From the IMG/VR virus record IMGVR_UViG_2684623059_000001: 35,640 nucleotides of DNA. One strand, given 5' to 3'. This DNA is from a virus. Lineage: Duplodnaviria > Heunggongvirae > Uroviricota > Caudoviricetes. Each line of letters starts with the position of its first letter. Within the stretch, counting starts at the first letter, position 1. The notes under the pieces are model-generated. The model made no database searches and had not been told where the DNA came from. It saw only the letters and a program-made list of their open reading frames with translations. A program made the position numbers and the translations under genes. Positions 22,059-32,973 of the stretch are shown piece by piece.

Positions 22059-24630
22059 ACCGGTAGGCGATCTGGTCGTTGATTTAAGTCTGGATGCAGC
22101 CAGATTTGACGAGCAGATGGCCAGAGTCAGGCGTCATTTTTCCGGTACGGAAAGTGATGCGAAAAAAACAGCGGCAGTTGTTGAGCAGTCGATGAACCGA
22201 CAGGCGCTGGCTGCACAGAAAGCGGGTATCTCTGTAGGGCAGTATAAAGCTGCCATGCGTATGCTTCCTGCACAGTTCACCGACGTGGCCACGCAGCTTG
22301 CAGGGGGGCAGAACCCGTTTCTCATCCTGCTGCAACAGGGCGGCCAGGTAAAAGATTCCTTCGGTGGGTTGATCCCCATGTTCAGGGGGCTTGCCGGTGC
22401 AGTCACCCTGCCGATGGTGGGGCTCACTTCGCTGGCAGTTGCCACCGGAGCGCTGGCGTATGCCTGGTATCAGGGGGATTCAACCCTGTCCAGTTTCAAT
22501 AAAACGCTGGTCCTTTCCGGTAATCAGGCAGGACTGACGGCAGATCGTATGCTGGCCCTGTCCAGAGCCGGGCAGGCGGCAGGGCTGACGTTTAACCAGA
22601 CCAGCGAGTCACTGACGGCGCTGGTGAATGCCGGTGTGCGTGGTGGTGAGCAGTTTGAGGCGATCAGCCAGAGTGTGGCGCGTTTTTCCTCCGTATCCGG
22701 CGTGGAGGTGGACAAGGTCGCTGAAGCCTTCGGGAAGCTGACCACAGACCCGACGTCGGGGCTGACAGCGATGGCGCGCCAGTTCCATAACGTGACGGCG
22801 GAGCAGATTGCGTATGTTGCTCAGTTGCAGCGTTCCGGCGATGAAGCCGGGGCATTGCAGGCGGCGAACGAGGCCGCAACGAAAGGGTTTGATGATCAGA
22901 CCCGCCGCCTGAAAGATAACATGGGCACGCTGGAGACCTGGGCAGACAAGACAGCACGGGCATTTAAATCCATGTGGGATTCGGTGCTGGATATTGGTCG
23001 CCCGGACACTGCCCGGGAAATGCTGGAGAAAGCAGAAAAGGCTTTTGATGAAGCGGACAAGAAATGGCAGTGGTATCAGAGCCGGAGCCGCCGGCGTGGT
23101 AAAACCTCAGCATTTCTTGCCAATCTCCGTGGCGCATGGGAGGACAGGGCGAATGCGCAACTTGGTCTTTCAGCCGCCACATTGCAGGCAGATCTTGAAA
23201 AGGCCAGTGAGATGGCAGCAAAAGATCGTGCTGAGTCTGAGGCATCACGGCTGAAATATACCGAAGAGGCGCAGAAGGCTTACGAACGTCTGCAGACTCC
23301 GCTGGAGAAATATACCGCCCGTCAGGAAGAACTGAACAAGGCACTGAAAGACGGAAAAATCCTGCAGGCAGATTACAACACGCTGATGGCGGCAGCGAAA
23401 AAGGATTATGAAGCGACGCTGAAAAAGCCAAAGCAGTCCGGCGTGAAAGTGTCTGCAGGCTATCGCCAGGAAGACAGTGCTCATGCTGCCCTGCTGACGC
23501 TTCAGGCAGAGCTCCGGACGCTGGAGAAGCATGCCGGAGCGAATGAGAAAATCAGCCAGCAGCGCCGGGATTTGTGGAAGGCGGAGAGTCAGTTCGCTGT
23601 ACTGGAGGAAGCGGCACAACGTCGCCAGCTGTCCGCACAGGAGAAATCCCTGCTGGTACATAAAGAGGAGACGCTGGAGTACAAACGACAACTGGCAGAG
23701 CTAGGCGATAAGGTCGAACATCAGAAACGCCTGAATACACTGGCGCAGCAGGCGGATAAATTCGCACAGCAACAACGGGCAAAACGGGCTGCCATTGATG
23801 CGAAAAACCGCGGGATGACAGACCGGCAGGCAGCGCGGGAAGCCACTGAACAGCGCCTGAAGGAACAGTATGGTGATAATACGCTGGCGCTGAATAACGT
23901 CCTGTCAGAGCAGAAAAAGACCTGGGCGGCTGAAGACCAGCTTAACGGGAGCTGGATGGCTGGCCTGAAGTCCGGCTGGAGCGAGTGGAAAGAGAGTGCC
24001 ACGGACAGTATGTCGCAGGTTAAAAGTGTTGCCACGCAGACCTTTGATGGTATTGCGCAGAATATGGCGGCGATGCTGACCGGCAGTGAGCAGAACTGGC
24101 GCAGCTTCACCCGTTCCGTGCTGTCCATGCTGACAGAAATTCTGCTTAAGCAGGCAATGGTGGGGATTGTCGGGAGTATCGGCAGCGCCATTGGCGGAGC
24201 TGTTGGTGGCGGTGCATCAGCGTCAGGCGGTACAGCCATTCAGGCTGCTGCGGCGAAATTCCATTTTGCGACCGGAGGTTTTACGGGGACCGGCGGCAAA
24301 TATGAGCCAGCGGGGATTGTTCACCGTGGTGAATTTGTCTTCACGAAGGAGGCAACCAGCCGGATTGGCGTGGGAAATCTCTACCGGCTGATGCGCGGCT
24401 ATGCCACCGGTGGTTATGTCGGTACACCGGGCAGTCTGGCGGACAGCCGGTCGCAGGCGTCCGGGAAGTTTGAGCAGAATAACCATGTGGTGATTAACAA
24501 CGACGGCACGAACGGGCAGATAGGTCCGGCTGCTCTGAAGGCGGTGTATGACATGGCCCGCAAGGGTGCCCGTGATGAAATTCAGACACAGATGCGTGAT
24601 GGTGGCCTGTTCTCCGGAGGTGGACGATGA
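22051..24630 (+). CDS. H: Tail tape measure protein H
   Basis: 859 aa, MAEPVGDLVVDLSLDAARFDEQMARVRRHFSG... with long coiled-coil-like Ala/Gln/Lys-rich middle and Gly-rich C-terminus; lambda gpH-like. Confidence 0.95.
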   Translation: MAEPVGDLVVDLSLDAARFDEQMARVRRHFSGTESDAKKTAAVVEQSMNRQALAAQKAGISVGQYKAAMRMLPAQFTDVATQLAGGQNPFLILLQQGGQVKDSFGGLIPMFRGLAGAVTLPMVGLTSLAVATGALAYAWYQGDSTLSSFNKTLVLSGNQAGLTADRMLALSRAGQAAGLTFNQTSESLTALVNAGVRGGEQFEAISQSVARFSSVSGVEVDKVAEAFGKLTTDPTSGLTAMARQFHNVTAEQIAYVAQLQRSGDEAGALQAANEAATKGFDDQTRRLKDNMGTLETWADKTARAFKSMWDSVLDIGRPDTAREMLEKAEKAFDEADKKWQWYQSRSRRRGKTSAFLANLRGAWEDRANAQLGLSAATLQADLEKASEMAAKDRAESEASRLKYTEEAQKAYERLQTPLEKYTARQEELNKALKDGKILQADYNTLMAAAKKDYEATLKKPKQSGVKVSAGYRQEDSAHAALLTLQAELRTLEKHAGANEKISQQRRDLWKAESQFAVLEEAAQRRQLSAQEKSLLVHKEETLEYKRQLAELGDKVEHQKRLNTLAQQADKFAQQQRAKRAAIDAKNRGMTDRQAAREATEQRLKEQYGDNTLALNNVLSEQKKTWAAEDQLNGSWMAGLKSGWSEWKESATDSMSQVKSVATQTFDGIAQNMAAMLTGSEQNWRSFTRSVLSMLTEILLKQAMVGIVGSIGSAIGGAVGGGASASGGTAIQAAAAKFHFATGGFTGTGGKYEPAGIVHRGEFVFTKEATSRIGVGNLYRLMRGYATGGYVGTPGSLADSRSQASGKFEQNNHVVINNDGTNGQIGPAALKAVYDMARKGARDEIQTQMRDGGLFSGGGR

Positions 24631-24956
24631 AAACCTTCCGCTGGAAAGTGAAACCCGGTATGGATGTGGCTTCGGCCCCTTCCGTAAGAAAGGTGCGCTT
24701 TGGTGATGGCTATTCCCAGCGAGCGCCTGCCGGGCTGAATTCCAACCTGAAAACGTACAGCGTGACGTTTTCTGTTCCCCGTTGGGAGGCCACGGCGCTG
24801 GAGTCGTTTCTGGCTGAGCATGGGGGCTGGAAAGCCTTTCTGTGGACGCCGCCTTATGAGTGGCGGCAGATAAAGGTGACCTGCGCAAAATGGTCGTCGC
24901 GGGTCAGTATGCTGCGTGTTGAGTTCAGCGCAGAGTTTGAACAGGTGGTGAACTGA
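24627..24956 (+). CDS. M: Tail tip protein M
   Basis: MKTFRWKVKPGMDVASAPSVRKVRFGDGYSQRAPAGLNSNLKTYSVTF... lambda gpM-like. Confidence 0.92.
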   Translation: MKTFRWKVKPGMDVASAPSVRKVRFGDGYSQRAPAGLNSNLKTYSVTFSVPRWEATALESFLAEHGGWKAFLWTPPYEWRQIKVTCAKWSSRVSMLRVEFSAEFEQVVN

Positions 24957-25654
24957 TGCAGGATATCCGGCAGGAAACACTGAATGAATGCACCCGTGCG
25001 GAGCAGTCGGCCAGCGTGGTGCTCTGGGAAATCGACCTGACAGAGGTCGGTGGAGAACGTTATTTTTTCTGCAATGAGCAGAACGAAAAAGGTGAGCCGG
25101 TCACCTGGCAGGGGCGACAGTATCAGCCGTATCCCATTCAGGGGAGTGGTTTTGAACTGAATGGCAAAGGCACCAGTACGCGCCCCACGCTGACGGTTTC
25201 TAACCTGTACGGTATGGTCACCGGCATGGTGGAAGATATGCAGAGTCTGGTCGGCGGAACGGTGGTTCGGCGTAAGGTTTACGCCCGTTTTCTGGATGCG
25301 GTGAACTTCGTCAACGGAAACATCGAGGCAGACCCGGAGCAGGAGGTGATCAGCCGCTGGCGCATCGAGCAGTGCAGCGAACTGAGCGCGGTGAGTGCCT
25401 CCTTTGTACTGTCCACGCCGACAGAAACGGATGGCGCTGTTTTTCCGGGGCGTATCATGCTGGCCAACACCTGCACCTGGACCTATCGCGGTGATGAGTG
25501 CGGTTATCACGGTCCGGCGGTCGCGGATGAATATGACCAGCCGACGTCCGATATCACGAAGGATAAATGCAGCAAATGCCTGAGTGGCTGTAAGTTTCGC
25601 AATAACGTCGGCAACTTTGGCGGCTTCCTTTCCATTAACAAACTTTCGCAGTAA
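24956..25654 (+). CDS. L: Tail tip protein L
   Basis: MQDIRQETLNECTRAEQSASVVLWEIDLTEVGGERYFFCNEQNEKGEPV... lambda gpL-like, including the C-terminal cysteine cluster CSKCLSGC. Confidence 0.92.
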   Translation: MQDIRQETLNECTRAEQSASVVLWEIDLTEVGGERYFFCNEQNEKGEPVTWQGRQYQPYPIQGSGFELNGKGTSTRPTLTVSNLYGMVTGMVEDMQSLVGGTVVRRKVYARFLDAVNFVNGNIEADPEQEVISRWRIEQCSELSAVSASFVLSTPTETDGAVFPGRIMLANTCTWTYRGDECGYHGPAVADEYDQPTSDITKDKCSKCLSGCKFRNNVGNFGGFLSINKLSQ

Positions 25655-25659
25655 ATCCC

Positions 25660-26403
25660 ATGACAGAGACAGAATCAGCGATTCTGGCGCACGCCCGGCG
25701 ATGTGCGCCAGCGGAGTCGTGCGGCTTCGTGGTGAGAACGCCGGAGGGGGAAAGATATTTTCCCTGTGTGAATATCTCCGGTGAGCCGGAAGCATATTTC
25801 CGGATGTCGCCGGAGGACTGGCTGCAGGCCAAAATGCAGGGTGAGATTGTGGCGCTGGTCCACAGTCATCCCGGTGGTCTGCCCTGGCTGAGTGAGGCTG
25901 ACCGGCGGCTGCAGGTGCAGAGTGATTTGCCGTGGTGGCTGGTCTGCCGGGGGGCGATTCACAAGTTCCGCTGTGTGCCACATCTTACCGGGCGGCGCTT
26001 TGAGCACGGGGTGACGGACTGTTACACGCTGTTCCGGGACGCTTACCATCTGGCGGGGATTGAGATGCCGGATTTTCATCGTGAGGATGACTGGTGGCGT
26101 AACGGCCAGAATCTCTATCTGGATAATCTGGAGGCCACAGGGCTGTATCAGGTGCCGTTGTCATCAGCACAACCGGGTGATGTGCTGCTGTGCTGTTTTG
26201 GTTCATCGGTGCCGAATCATGCCGCCATTTACTGTGGTGACGGCGAGCTGCTGCACCATATTCCTGAACAACTGAGCAAACGAGAGAGGTATACCGACAA
26301 ATGGCAGCGACGCACACACTCCCTCTGGCGTCACCGGGCATGGCGCGAATCTGCCTTTACGGGGATTTACAACGATTTGGCCGCCGCATCGACCTTCGTG
26401 TGA
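25660..26403 (+). CDS. K: Tail tip assembly protein K (JAMM/MPN plus NlpC/P60-like domains)
   Basis: Contains JAMM motif HSHPGGLPWLSEAD; the long ORF from 25660 adds ~48 residues upstream of the classical lambda K start (equivalent ATG at 25804); 3' end overlaps I by ~100 bp as in lambda. Confidence 0.88.
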   Translation: MTETESAILAHARRCAPAESCGFVVRTPEGERYFPCVNISGEPEAYFRMSPEDWLQAKMQGEIVALVHSHPGGLPWLSEADRRLQVQSDLPWWLVCRGAIHKFRCVPHLTGRRFEHGVTDCYTLFRDAYHLAGIEMPDFHREDDWWRNGQNLYLDNLEATGLYQVPLSSAQPGDVLLCCFGSSVPNHAAIYCGDGELLHHIPEQLSKRERYTDKWQRRTHSLWRHRAWRESAFTGIYNDLAAASTFV

Positions 26404-26972
26404 AAACGGGGGCTGAAGCCATCCGGGCACTGGCCACACAGCTCCCGGCGTTTCGTCAGAAACTGAGCGACGGCTGGTATCAGGTACGGATTGCCGGGCG
26501 GGACGTCAGCACGTCCGGGTTAACGGCGCAGTTACATGAGACTCTGCCTGATGGCGCTGTGATTCATATTGTTCCCAGAGTCGCCGGGGCCAAGTCAGGT
26601 GGCGTATTCCAGATTGTCCTGGGGGCTGCCGCCATTGCCGGATCATTCTTTACTGCCGGAGCCACTCTTGCAGCATGGGGGGCAGCCATTGGGGCCGGTG
26701 GTATGACCGGCATCCTGTTTTCTCTCGGTGCCAGTATGGTGCTTGGCGGTGTGGCCCAGATGCTGGCCCCTGAACCCAGAACTCCCCGCACACAAACAAC
26801 GGATAACGGTAAGCAGAACACGTATTTCTCGTCACTGGACAATATGGTTGCCCAGGGCAATGTTCTGCCTGTTCTGTACGGTGAAATGCGCGTGGGGTCA
26901 CGTGTTGTCTCTCAGGAGATCAGCACGGCAGACGAGGGGGACGGTGGTCAGGTTGTGGTGATTGGTCGTTGA
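26301..26972 (+). CDS. I: Tail tip assembly protein I
   Basis: MAATHTLPLASPGMARICLYGDLQRFGRRIDLRVKTGAEAIRALATQLPAF... lambda gpI-like. Confidence 0.9.
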   Translation: MAATHTLPLASPGMARICLYGDLQRFGRRIDLRVKTGAEAIRALATQLPAFRQKLSDGWYQVRIAGRDVSTSGLTAQLHETLPDGAVIHIVPRVAGAKSGGVFQIVLGAAAIAGSFFTAGATLAAWGAAIGAGGMTGILFSLGASMVLGGVAQMLAPEPRTPRTQTTDNGKQNTYFSSLDNMVAQGNVLPVLYGEMRVGSRVVSQEISTADEGDGGQVVVIGR

Positions 26973-27032
26973 TGAAAAACGTTTTATGTGAAACCGCCTC
27001 AGGGCGGTTTTGTCATTTCTGGAGCGAGAGGA

Positions 27033-30000
27033 ATGGGTAAAGGCAGCAGTAAGGGGCATACCCCGCGCGAAGCGAAGGACAACCTGAAATCATCCCAGCT
27101 GCTGAGCGTGATAGACGCCATCAGTGAAGGGCCGATTGAAGGTCCGGTGGACGGATTAAAAAGTGTGCTGCTGAACAGTACGCCGGTGCTGGACAGTGAG
27201 GGGAATACCAATATCTCCGGTGTCACGGTGGTGTTCCGTGCCGGTGAGCAGGAGCAGACACCGCCGGAGGGATTTGAATCCTCCGGTTCAGAAACCGTTA
27301 TCGGTGCAGAATTAAAATATGACAATCCGCTCACCCGGACCATCACGTCGGCAAACATCGACCGTCTGCGCCTGACCTTCGGTGTGCAGGCACTGGTGGA
27401 AACCACTTCAAAGGGGGACCGGAATCCGTCGGAAGTCCGCCTGCTGGTTCAGATACAACGTAACGGTGGCTGGGTGACGGAAAAAGACATCACCATTAAG
27501 GGCAAAACCACCTCACAGTATCTGGCCTCGGTGGTGGTGGGTAATCTGCCGCCGCGCCCGTTCAATATCCGGCTGCGCAGGATGACGCCGGACAGCACCA
27601 CAGACCAGCTGCAGAACAAAACGCTCTGGTCGTCATACACCGAAATTATCGATGTGAAACAGTGCTACCCGAACACGGCACTGGTCGGCGTGCAGGTGGA
27701 CTCGGAACAGTTCGGCAGTCAGCAGGTGAGCCGTAATTATCATCTTCGCGGGCGCATTCTGCAGGTGCCGTCGAACTATAACCCGCAGACGCGGCAATAC
27801 AGCGGTATCTGGGACGGAACGTTTAAGCCAGCATACAGCAACAATATGGCCTGGTGTCTGTGGGATATGCTGACCCATCCGCGCTACGGCATGGGGAAGC
27901 GTCTCGGTGCGGCGGATGTGGACAAATGGGCGCTGTATGTCATCGGCCAGAATTGCGACCAGTCGGTGCCGGACGGCTTTGGCGGCACGGAGCCGCGCAT
28001 CACCTGTAACGCTTACCTGACCACACAGCGCAAGGCGTGGGATGTGCTCAGTGATTTCTGCTCGGCGATGCGCTGTATGCCGGTATGGAACGGGCAGACG
28101 CTGACGTTCGTGCAGGACCGACAGTCGGATAAGGTGTGGACCTATAACCGCAGTAATGTGGTGATGCCGGATGATGGCGCGCCGTTCCGCTACAGCTTCA
28201 GCGCCCTGAAGGACCGCCATAACGCCGTTGAGGTGAACTGGATTGACCCGGACAACGGCTGGGAGACGGCGACAGAGCTGGTTGAAGACACGCAGGCCAT
28301 TGCCCGTTACGGTCGTAACGTCACGAAGATGGATGCCTTTGGCTGTACCAGCCGGGGGCAGGCGCACCGCGCCGGGCTGTGGCTGATTAAAACGGAACTG
28401 CTGGAAACGCAGACCGTGGACTTCAGCGTGGGTGCAGAAGGGCTTCGCCATGTGCCGGGAGACGTCATTGAAATCTGCGATGATGACTATGCGGGTATCA
28501 GCATCGGTGGTCGCGTGCTGGCGGTGAACAGCCAGACCCGGACGCTGACGCTCGACCGTGAAATCACGCTGCCAGCCTCCGGCACCACACTGATAAGCCT
28601 GGTCGACGGGACGGGGAGTCCGGTCAGCGTGGAGGTCCAGTCCGTCACCGACGGCGTGCAGGTGAAAGTGAACCGTATCCCTGACGGCGTTGCCGGATAC
28701 AGCGTGTGGGGGCTGAAGCTGCCGACGCTGCGCCAGCGCCTGTTCCGCTGTGTGAGTATCCGTGAGAACGATGACGGCACGTATGCCATCACTGCCGTGC
28801 AGCATGTACCGGAAAAAGAAGCCATCGTGGATAACGGGGCGCACTTTGACGGCGACCAGAGCGGCACGGTGAACGGTGTCACGCCGCCAGCGGTGCAGCA
28901 CCTGACCGCCGAAGTTTCGGCAGACAGCGGGGAATATCAGGTACTGGCGCGCTGGGACACGCCGAAGGTGGTGAAGGGGGTGAGCTTTATGCTTCGCCTG
29001 ACTGTGGCAGCAGACGACGGCAGTGAGCGGCTGGTCAGCACGGCCAGGACGACGGAAACCACATACCGCTTCACGCAACTGGCGCCAGGGAACTACAGGC
29101 TGACAGTCCGGGCGGTAAATGCGTGGGGACAGCAGGGCGACCCGGCGTCGGTATCGTTCAGGATTGCCGCACCGGCAGCGCCGTCACAGATTGAGCTGAC
29201 GCCGGGCTATTTTCAGATAACCGCCACGCCGCATCTTGCGGTTTATGACCCGACGGTACAGTTTGAGTTCTGGTTTTCGGAAAAGCGGATTACCGATATC
29301 AGGCAGGTTGAAACCACAGCCCGCTATCTTGGCACGGGGATGTACTGGATAGCCGCCAGTATCAATATCAAACCGGGCCATGATTATTACTTTTATATCC
29401 GCAGCGTGAACACCGTTGGCAAATCGGCATTCGTGGAGGCCGTCGGTCGGGCGAGCGATGATGCGGAAGGTTACCTGGATTTTTTCAAAGGCAAGATAAC
29501 CGAATCCCATCTCGGCAAGGAGCTGCTGGAAAAAGTCGAGCTGACGGAGGATAACGCCAGCAGACTGGAGGAGTTTTCGAAAGAGTGGCAGGACGCCAAC
29601 GATAAGTGGAATGCCATGTGGGCTGTCAAAATTGAGCAGACCAAAGACGGCAAACATTATGTCGCGGGACTTGGCCTCAGCATGGAGGACACGCCGGAAG
29701 GCAAACTGAGCCAGTTTCTGGTCGCCGCTAACCGTATTGCGTTTATTGATCCGTCTAATGGCAACACACGACCAATGTTTGTTGGTCAGGGCGATCAGAT
29801 ATTCATGAACGACGTGTTCCTGAAGCGTCTGACGGCCCCTACCATCACCAGCGGCGGCAATCCTCCGGCATTTTCCCTGACACCGGACGGGCGGCTGACG
29901 GCGAAAAACGCTGATATCAGCGGTAACGTGAATGCGAACTCAGGAACGCTCAACAATGTCACGATAAGTGAGAACTGTACGATTAAGGGCATGCTGGAGG

Positions 30001-30446
30001 CGACCCAGGTCAGAGGGGATTTCGTTAAAGCTGTATCAAAAGCCTTCCCGAAAAAAGTCGGTACGTGGGGTAACACGGAAACGCCAGACGGGACGGTTAC
30101 CGTCACCATCAGCGATGATCATAACTTTGACCGTCAGATTATTATCCCGCCCATTATTTTTAACGGTATAGCGTATACCGATCCGGGAAGTGGTAATAAT
30201 CCGGGAGGTACAAGGTACACGGGTTATGGATTTGAAGTTCGCAAAAACGGCGTATTAATCGCATCCAGAGAAACTAAAGGGGCCATTCCCGGTAGTTACA
30301 GTGCGGTTATTGATATGCCGAGTGGGCGAGGTAGCGTCACTCTGGAGTTTAAGATTTACCAGAAAGGCAATCAGGGGGCAGGCAATATCACCGACTGTAC
30401 GGTGATTGTGACCAAAAAAGCGGCTTCCGGCATCAGTATTCGTTGA
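27033..30446 (+). CDS. J: Central tail fibre / host-specificity protein J
   Basis: From ATG 27033: [41 protein letters not shown]..., lambda gpJ-like over most of its length; C-terminal region looks different from lambda J by recall. Listed ORF begins at an upstream GTG (26988). Confidence 0.93.
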   Translation: MGKGSSKGHTPREAKDNLKSSQLLSVIDAISEGPIEGPVDGLKSVLLNSTPVLDSEGNTNISGVTVVFRAGEQEQTPPEGFESSGSETVIGAELKYDNPLTRTITSANIDRLRLTFGVQALVETTSKGDRNPSEVRLLVQIQRNGGWVTEKDITIKGKTTSQYLASVVVGNLPPRPFNIRLRRMTPDSTTDQLQNKTLWSSYTEIIDVKQCYPNTALVGVQVDSEQFGSQQVSRNYHLRGRILQVPSNYNPQTRQYSGIWDGTFKPAYSNNMAWCLWDMLTHPRYGMGKRLGAADVDKWALYVIGQNCDQSVPDGFGGTEPRITCNAYLTTQRKAWDVLSDFCSAMRCMPVWNGQTLTFVQDRQSDKVWTYNRSNVVMPDDGAPFRYSFSALKDRHNAVEVNWIDPDNGWETATELVEDTQAIARYGRNVTKMDAFGCTSRGQAHRAGLWLIKTELLETQTVDFSVGAEGLRHVPGDVIEICDDDYAGISIGGRVLAVNSQTRTLTLDREITLPASGTTLISLVDGTGSPVSVEVQSVTDGVQVKVNRIPDGVAGYSVWGLKLPTLRQRLFRCVSIRENDDGTYAITAVQHVPEKEAIVDNGAHFDGDQSGTVNGVTPPAVQHLTAEVSADSGEYQVLARWDTPKVVKGVSFMLRLTVAADDGSERLVSTARTTETTYRFTQLAPGNYRLTVRAVNAWGQQGDPASVSFRIAAPAAPSQIELTPGYFQITATPHLAVYDPTVQFEFWFSEKRITDIRQVETTARYLGTGMYWIAASINIKPGHDYYFYIRSVNTVGKSAFVEAVGRASDDAEGYLDFFKGKITESHLGKELLEKVELTEDNASRLEEFSKEWQDANDKWNAMWAVKIEQTKDGKHYVAGLGLSMEDTPEGKLSQFLVAANRIAFIDPSNGNTRPMFVGQGDQIFMNDVFLKRLTAPTITSGGNPPAFSLTPDGRLTAKNADISGNVNANSGTLNNVTISENCTIKGMLEATQVRGDFVKAVSKAFPKKVGTWGNTETPDGTVTVTISDDHNFDRQIIIPPIIFNGIAYTDPGSGNNPGGTRYTGYGFEVRKNGVLIASRETKGAIPGSYSAVIDMPSGRGSVTLEFKIYQKGNQGAGNITDCTVIVTKKAASGISIR

Positions 30447-30466
30447 AATTGTTATAACCCATATAA

Positions 30467-30491
30467 GGGCACCAGAAATGGTGCCTTTTTT
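30467..30491 (+). terminator. Rho-independent terminator after J
   Basis: ggcacca / gaaa / tggtgcc hairpin followed by tttttt. Confidence 0.55.
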
Positions 30492-30515
30492 ATTGCAGAA
30501 AAGCGAGAGGTAATT

Positions 30516-31115
30516 ATGCGTAAATTATGTGCTGTTATTCTGTCCGCAGTAGTCTGGCTGGTTGCCGCTGGTACGCCAGCGAGCGCAGCAGAGCATCAGT
30601 CCACACTAAGCGCCGGGTATCTTCAGACCCATACTGATATGCCAGGCAGTGATGACCTGAAGGGCATTAACGTGAAATACCGTTATGAGTTTACGGACAC
30701 GCTGGGGCTGGTGACGTCATTCAGCTATGCAGGAGACAAGAATCGCCAGCTGACCCATTACAGCGATACCCGCTGGCACGAAGATTCCGTGCGTAACCGC
30801 TGGTTCAGCGTAATGGCGGGGCCATCTGTGCGCGTGAATGAATGGTTCAGCGCGTATGCGATGGCGGGTGTGGCTTACAGCCGTGTGTCGGCTTTTTCCG
30901 GGGATTATCTCCGCGTAACTGACAACAAGGGGAAAACGCACGACGTGCTGACCGGAAGTGATGACGCTCGCCACAGCAATACCTCTCTGGCGTGGGGAGC
31001 TGGCGTGCAGTTTAACCCGACCGAATCCGTGGCCGTTGATGTCGCTTATGAAGGCTCCGGCAGCGGTGACTGGCGTACCAACAGTTTCATCGTTGGTGTC
31101 GGTTATAAATTCTGA
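30516..31115 (+). CDS. lom: Lom outer-membrane protein (Ail/Lom/PagC family beta-barrel)
   Basis: Signal peptide MRKLCAVILSAVVWLVAAGTPASA, beta-barrel character and C-terminal ...GVGYKF; lambda Lom-like; own ribosome-binding site gagagg. Confidence 0.9.
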   Translation: MRKLCAVILSAVVWLVAAGTPASAAEHQSTLSAGYLQTHTDMPGSDDLKGINVKYRYEFTDTLGLVTSFSYAGDKNRQLTHYSDTRWHEDSVRNRWFSVMAGPSVRVNEWFSAYAMAGVAYSRVSAFSGDYLRVTDNKGKTHDVLTGSDDARHSNTSLAWGAGVQFNPTESVAVDVAYEGSGSGDWRTNSFIVGVGYKF

Positions 31116-31142
31116 TTAGCCAGGTAACACAGTGTTATGACA

Positions 31143-31168
31143 GCCCGCCGGTTCAGGCGGGCTTTTTT
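31143..31168 (+). terminator. Rho-independent terminator after lom
   Basis: gcccgcc / ggttca / ggcgggc hairpin followed by tttttt. Confidence 0.6.
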
Positions 31169-31179
31169 GTGGGGTGAGT

Positions 31180-32493
31180 ATGGCAGTAAAGATTTCAGGT
31201 GTACTGAAAGATGGTGCAGGTAAGCCGATACAAAACTGTACCATTCAGCTAAAGGCCAGGCGCAACAGCACCACGGTGGTGGTGAACACAGTGGCCTCAG
31301 AAAACCCGGATGAAGCCGGGCGTTACACAATGGACGTTGAGTACGGTCAGTACAGCGTCATTCTGTTGGTGGAGGGATTCCCGCCGTCACATGCCGGGAC
31401 CATCACAGTGTATGAAGATTCTCAGCCGGGTACGCTGAATGATTTTCTCGGTGCCATGACGGAGGATGATGTCCGGCCGGAGGCACTGCGTCGTTTTGAA
31501 CAGATGGTGGAAGAGGCAGCGCGTCACGCTGAGGAGGCGAAGAAGAATGCCGGAGAGGCAGAGACGTCAGCGAGGAATGCGGGTATATCAGCCGGCCAGG
31601 CGGAAAAGAGTGCAGTAAATGCTGAGACTTCTGCAGGGGATGCATCGGAGTCAGCCCGGCAGGCGACGGAAAGTGCAGCCTCAGCAAAGCAGTCAGAGGA
31701 TGCGTCCTCGTCCTCGGCTTCTGCGGCCGCTCAAAAAGCCAGTGAGTCATCACAAAGTGCAGCAGAAGCTGAATTGTCAAGAAAGACGGCAGAAAGTGCA
31801 GCCGATAATGCATCCAGGGATGCAACGACCGCAGCAGAAAAAGCCCGGGAGTCAGCAGAAAGCGCACAGTCAGCGGAACAAAGCAGGATAGCGGCGGAAG
31901 AGGCCGTAAACCGAATCCCCACCGTGGTGGGACCTCCCGGGCCAAAGGGGGAACAGGGGCCCGCTGGCCCTCAGGGGCCGAAGGGTGATAAGGGAGAGCG
32001 TGGTGACACCGGCCCTGTCGGGGCAACCGGCGAACGGGGACCGGGAGGAGATACAGGTCCGGCAGGCCCGCAGGGGCCGAAAGGCGACAGGGGGGAACGG
32101 GGAGAGACCGGTCTGACGGGAAGTACAGGTCCACAGGGGCCAAAGGGAGATACCGGTGCAGCAGGCCCGGCAGGCCCACAGGGACCGAAAGGAGAAACAG
32201 GAGCGGCAGGTCCGGTGGGGGCTACCGGACCTCAGGGGCCGAAGGGAGACCCGGGCGAGACACAAATCCGTTTTCGTCTGGGGCCGATGAGCATTATTGA
32301 GACAAACAGCTATGGCTGGTTCCCGGATACAGATGGTGCGCTCATCACCGGACTGACCTTTCTTGACCCCAAAGATGCCACACAGGTTCAGGGGATGTTT
32401 CAGCATTTGCAGGTCAGATTTGGTGACGGGCCGTGGCAGGATGTTAAGGGGCTGGATGAAGTGGGCAGTGATACAGGCAGAACAGGAGAATGA
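31180..32493 (+). CDS. stf: Side tail fibre protein with collagen-like Gly-X-Y repeat domain
   Basis: N-terminus [38 protein letters not shown]... lambda Stf-like; middle is Ala/Ser/Glu-rich; then about 35 uninterrupted G-X-Y triplets ([29 protein letters not shown]...) and a ~75-aa C-terminal globular domain. Confidence 0.85.
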   Translation: MAVKISGVLKDGAGKPIQNCTIQLKARRNSTTVVVNTVASENPDEAGRYTMDVEYGQYSVILLVEGFPPSHAGTITVYEDSQPGTLNDFLGAMTEDDVRPEALRRFEQMVEEAARHAEEAKKNAGEAETSARNAGISAGQAEKSAVNAETSAGDASESARQATESAASAKQSEDASSSSASAAAQKASESSQSAAEAELSRKTAESAADNASRDATTAAEKARESAESAQSAEQSRIAAEEAVNRIPTVVGPPGPKGEQGPAGPQGPKGDKGERGDTGPVGATGERGPGGDTGPAGPQGPKGDRGERGETGLTGSTGPQGPKGDTGAAGPAGPQGPKGETGAAGPVGATGPQGPKGDPGETQIRFRLGPMSIIETNSYGWFPDTDGALITGLTFLDPKDATQVQGMFQHLQVRFGDGPWQDVKGLDEVGSDTGRTGE

Positions 32494-32494
32494 C

Positions 32495-32764
32495 ATGAAC
32501 ATACTAAAAAAACTTATGCAGCGTCTGTGTGGTTGCGGAAAGCATGATGGCCGTGAACACGGGCAGTCACTTACAGCACAACTGCGACTGGGGCCGGCAG
32601 ACATCCTGGAGTCAGATGAGAATGGTATTATCCCGGAGCAGGCCAGGGTAATCACTCAGGTGGTGATACTGGATGCGGATAAAAAGCAGATACAGTGCGT
32701 GGTAAGACCGCTGCAAATTCTGCGTGCTGACGGGACGTGGGAAAATATTGGCTGGATGAAGTAA
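32495..32764 (+). CDS. Hypothetical small protein (89 aa) immediately downstream of stf
   Basis: ATG 2 nt after the stf stop, preceded by aggagaa; followed by a terminator; no family recognised. It sits where a tail fibre assembly gene would be in lambda, but is much shorter than lambda Tfa. Confidence 0.45.
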   Translation: MNILKKLMQRLCGCGKHDGREHGQSLTAQLRLGPADILESDENGIIPEQARVITQVVILDADKKQIQCVVRPLQILRADGTWENIGWMK

Positions 32765-32782
32765 CCCGACAGCTTCACAAAA

Positions 32783-32805
32783 CCGGAGTCTGGCTCCGGT
32801 TTTTT
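32783..32805 (+). terminator. Rho-independent terminator closing the tail fibre operon
   Basis: ccggag / tctgg / ctccgg hairpin followed by tttttt. Confidence 0.55.
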
Positions 32806-32973
32806 GTTGTCATGTCATGGTGATGTTTGTTAATGAAGTTAAATTTATTTTGGCTTGATAATGGAGTCTTATCTTTTGCAAGACTGATAATGGTGTGTGA
32901 AAGCATTGTGATAAGTAAGATGCTTCAACAGGAAATCAAGTAAAATGTTAATGAAGTTAATGGGGGTTTTATT

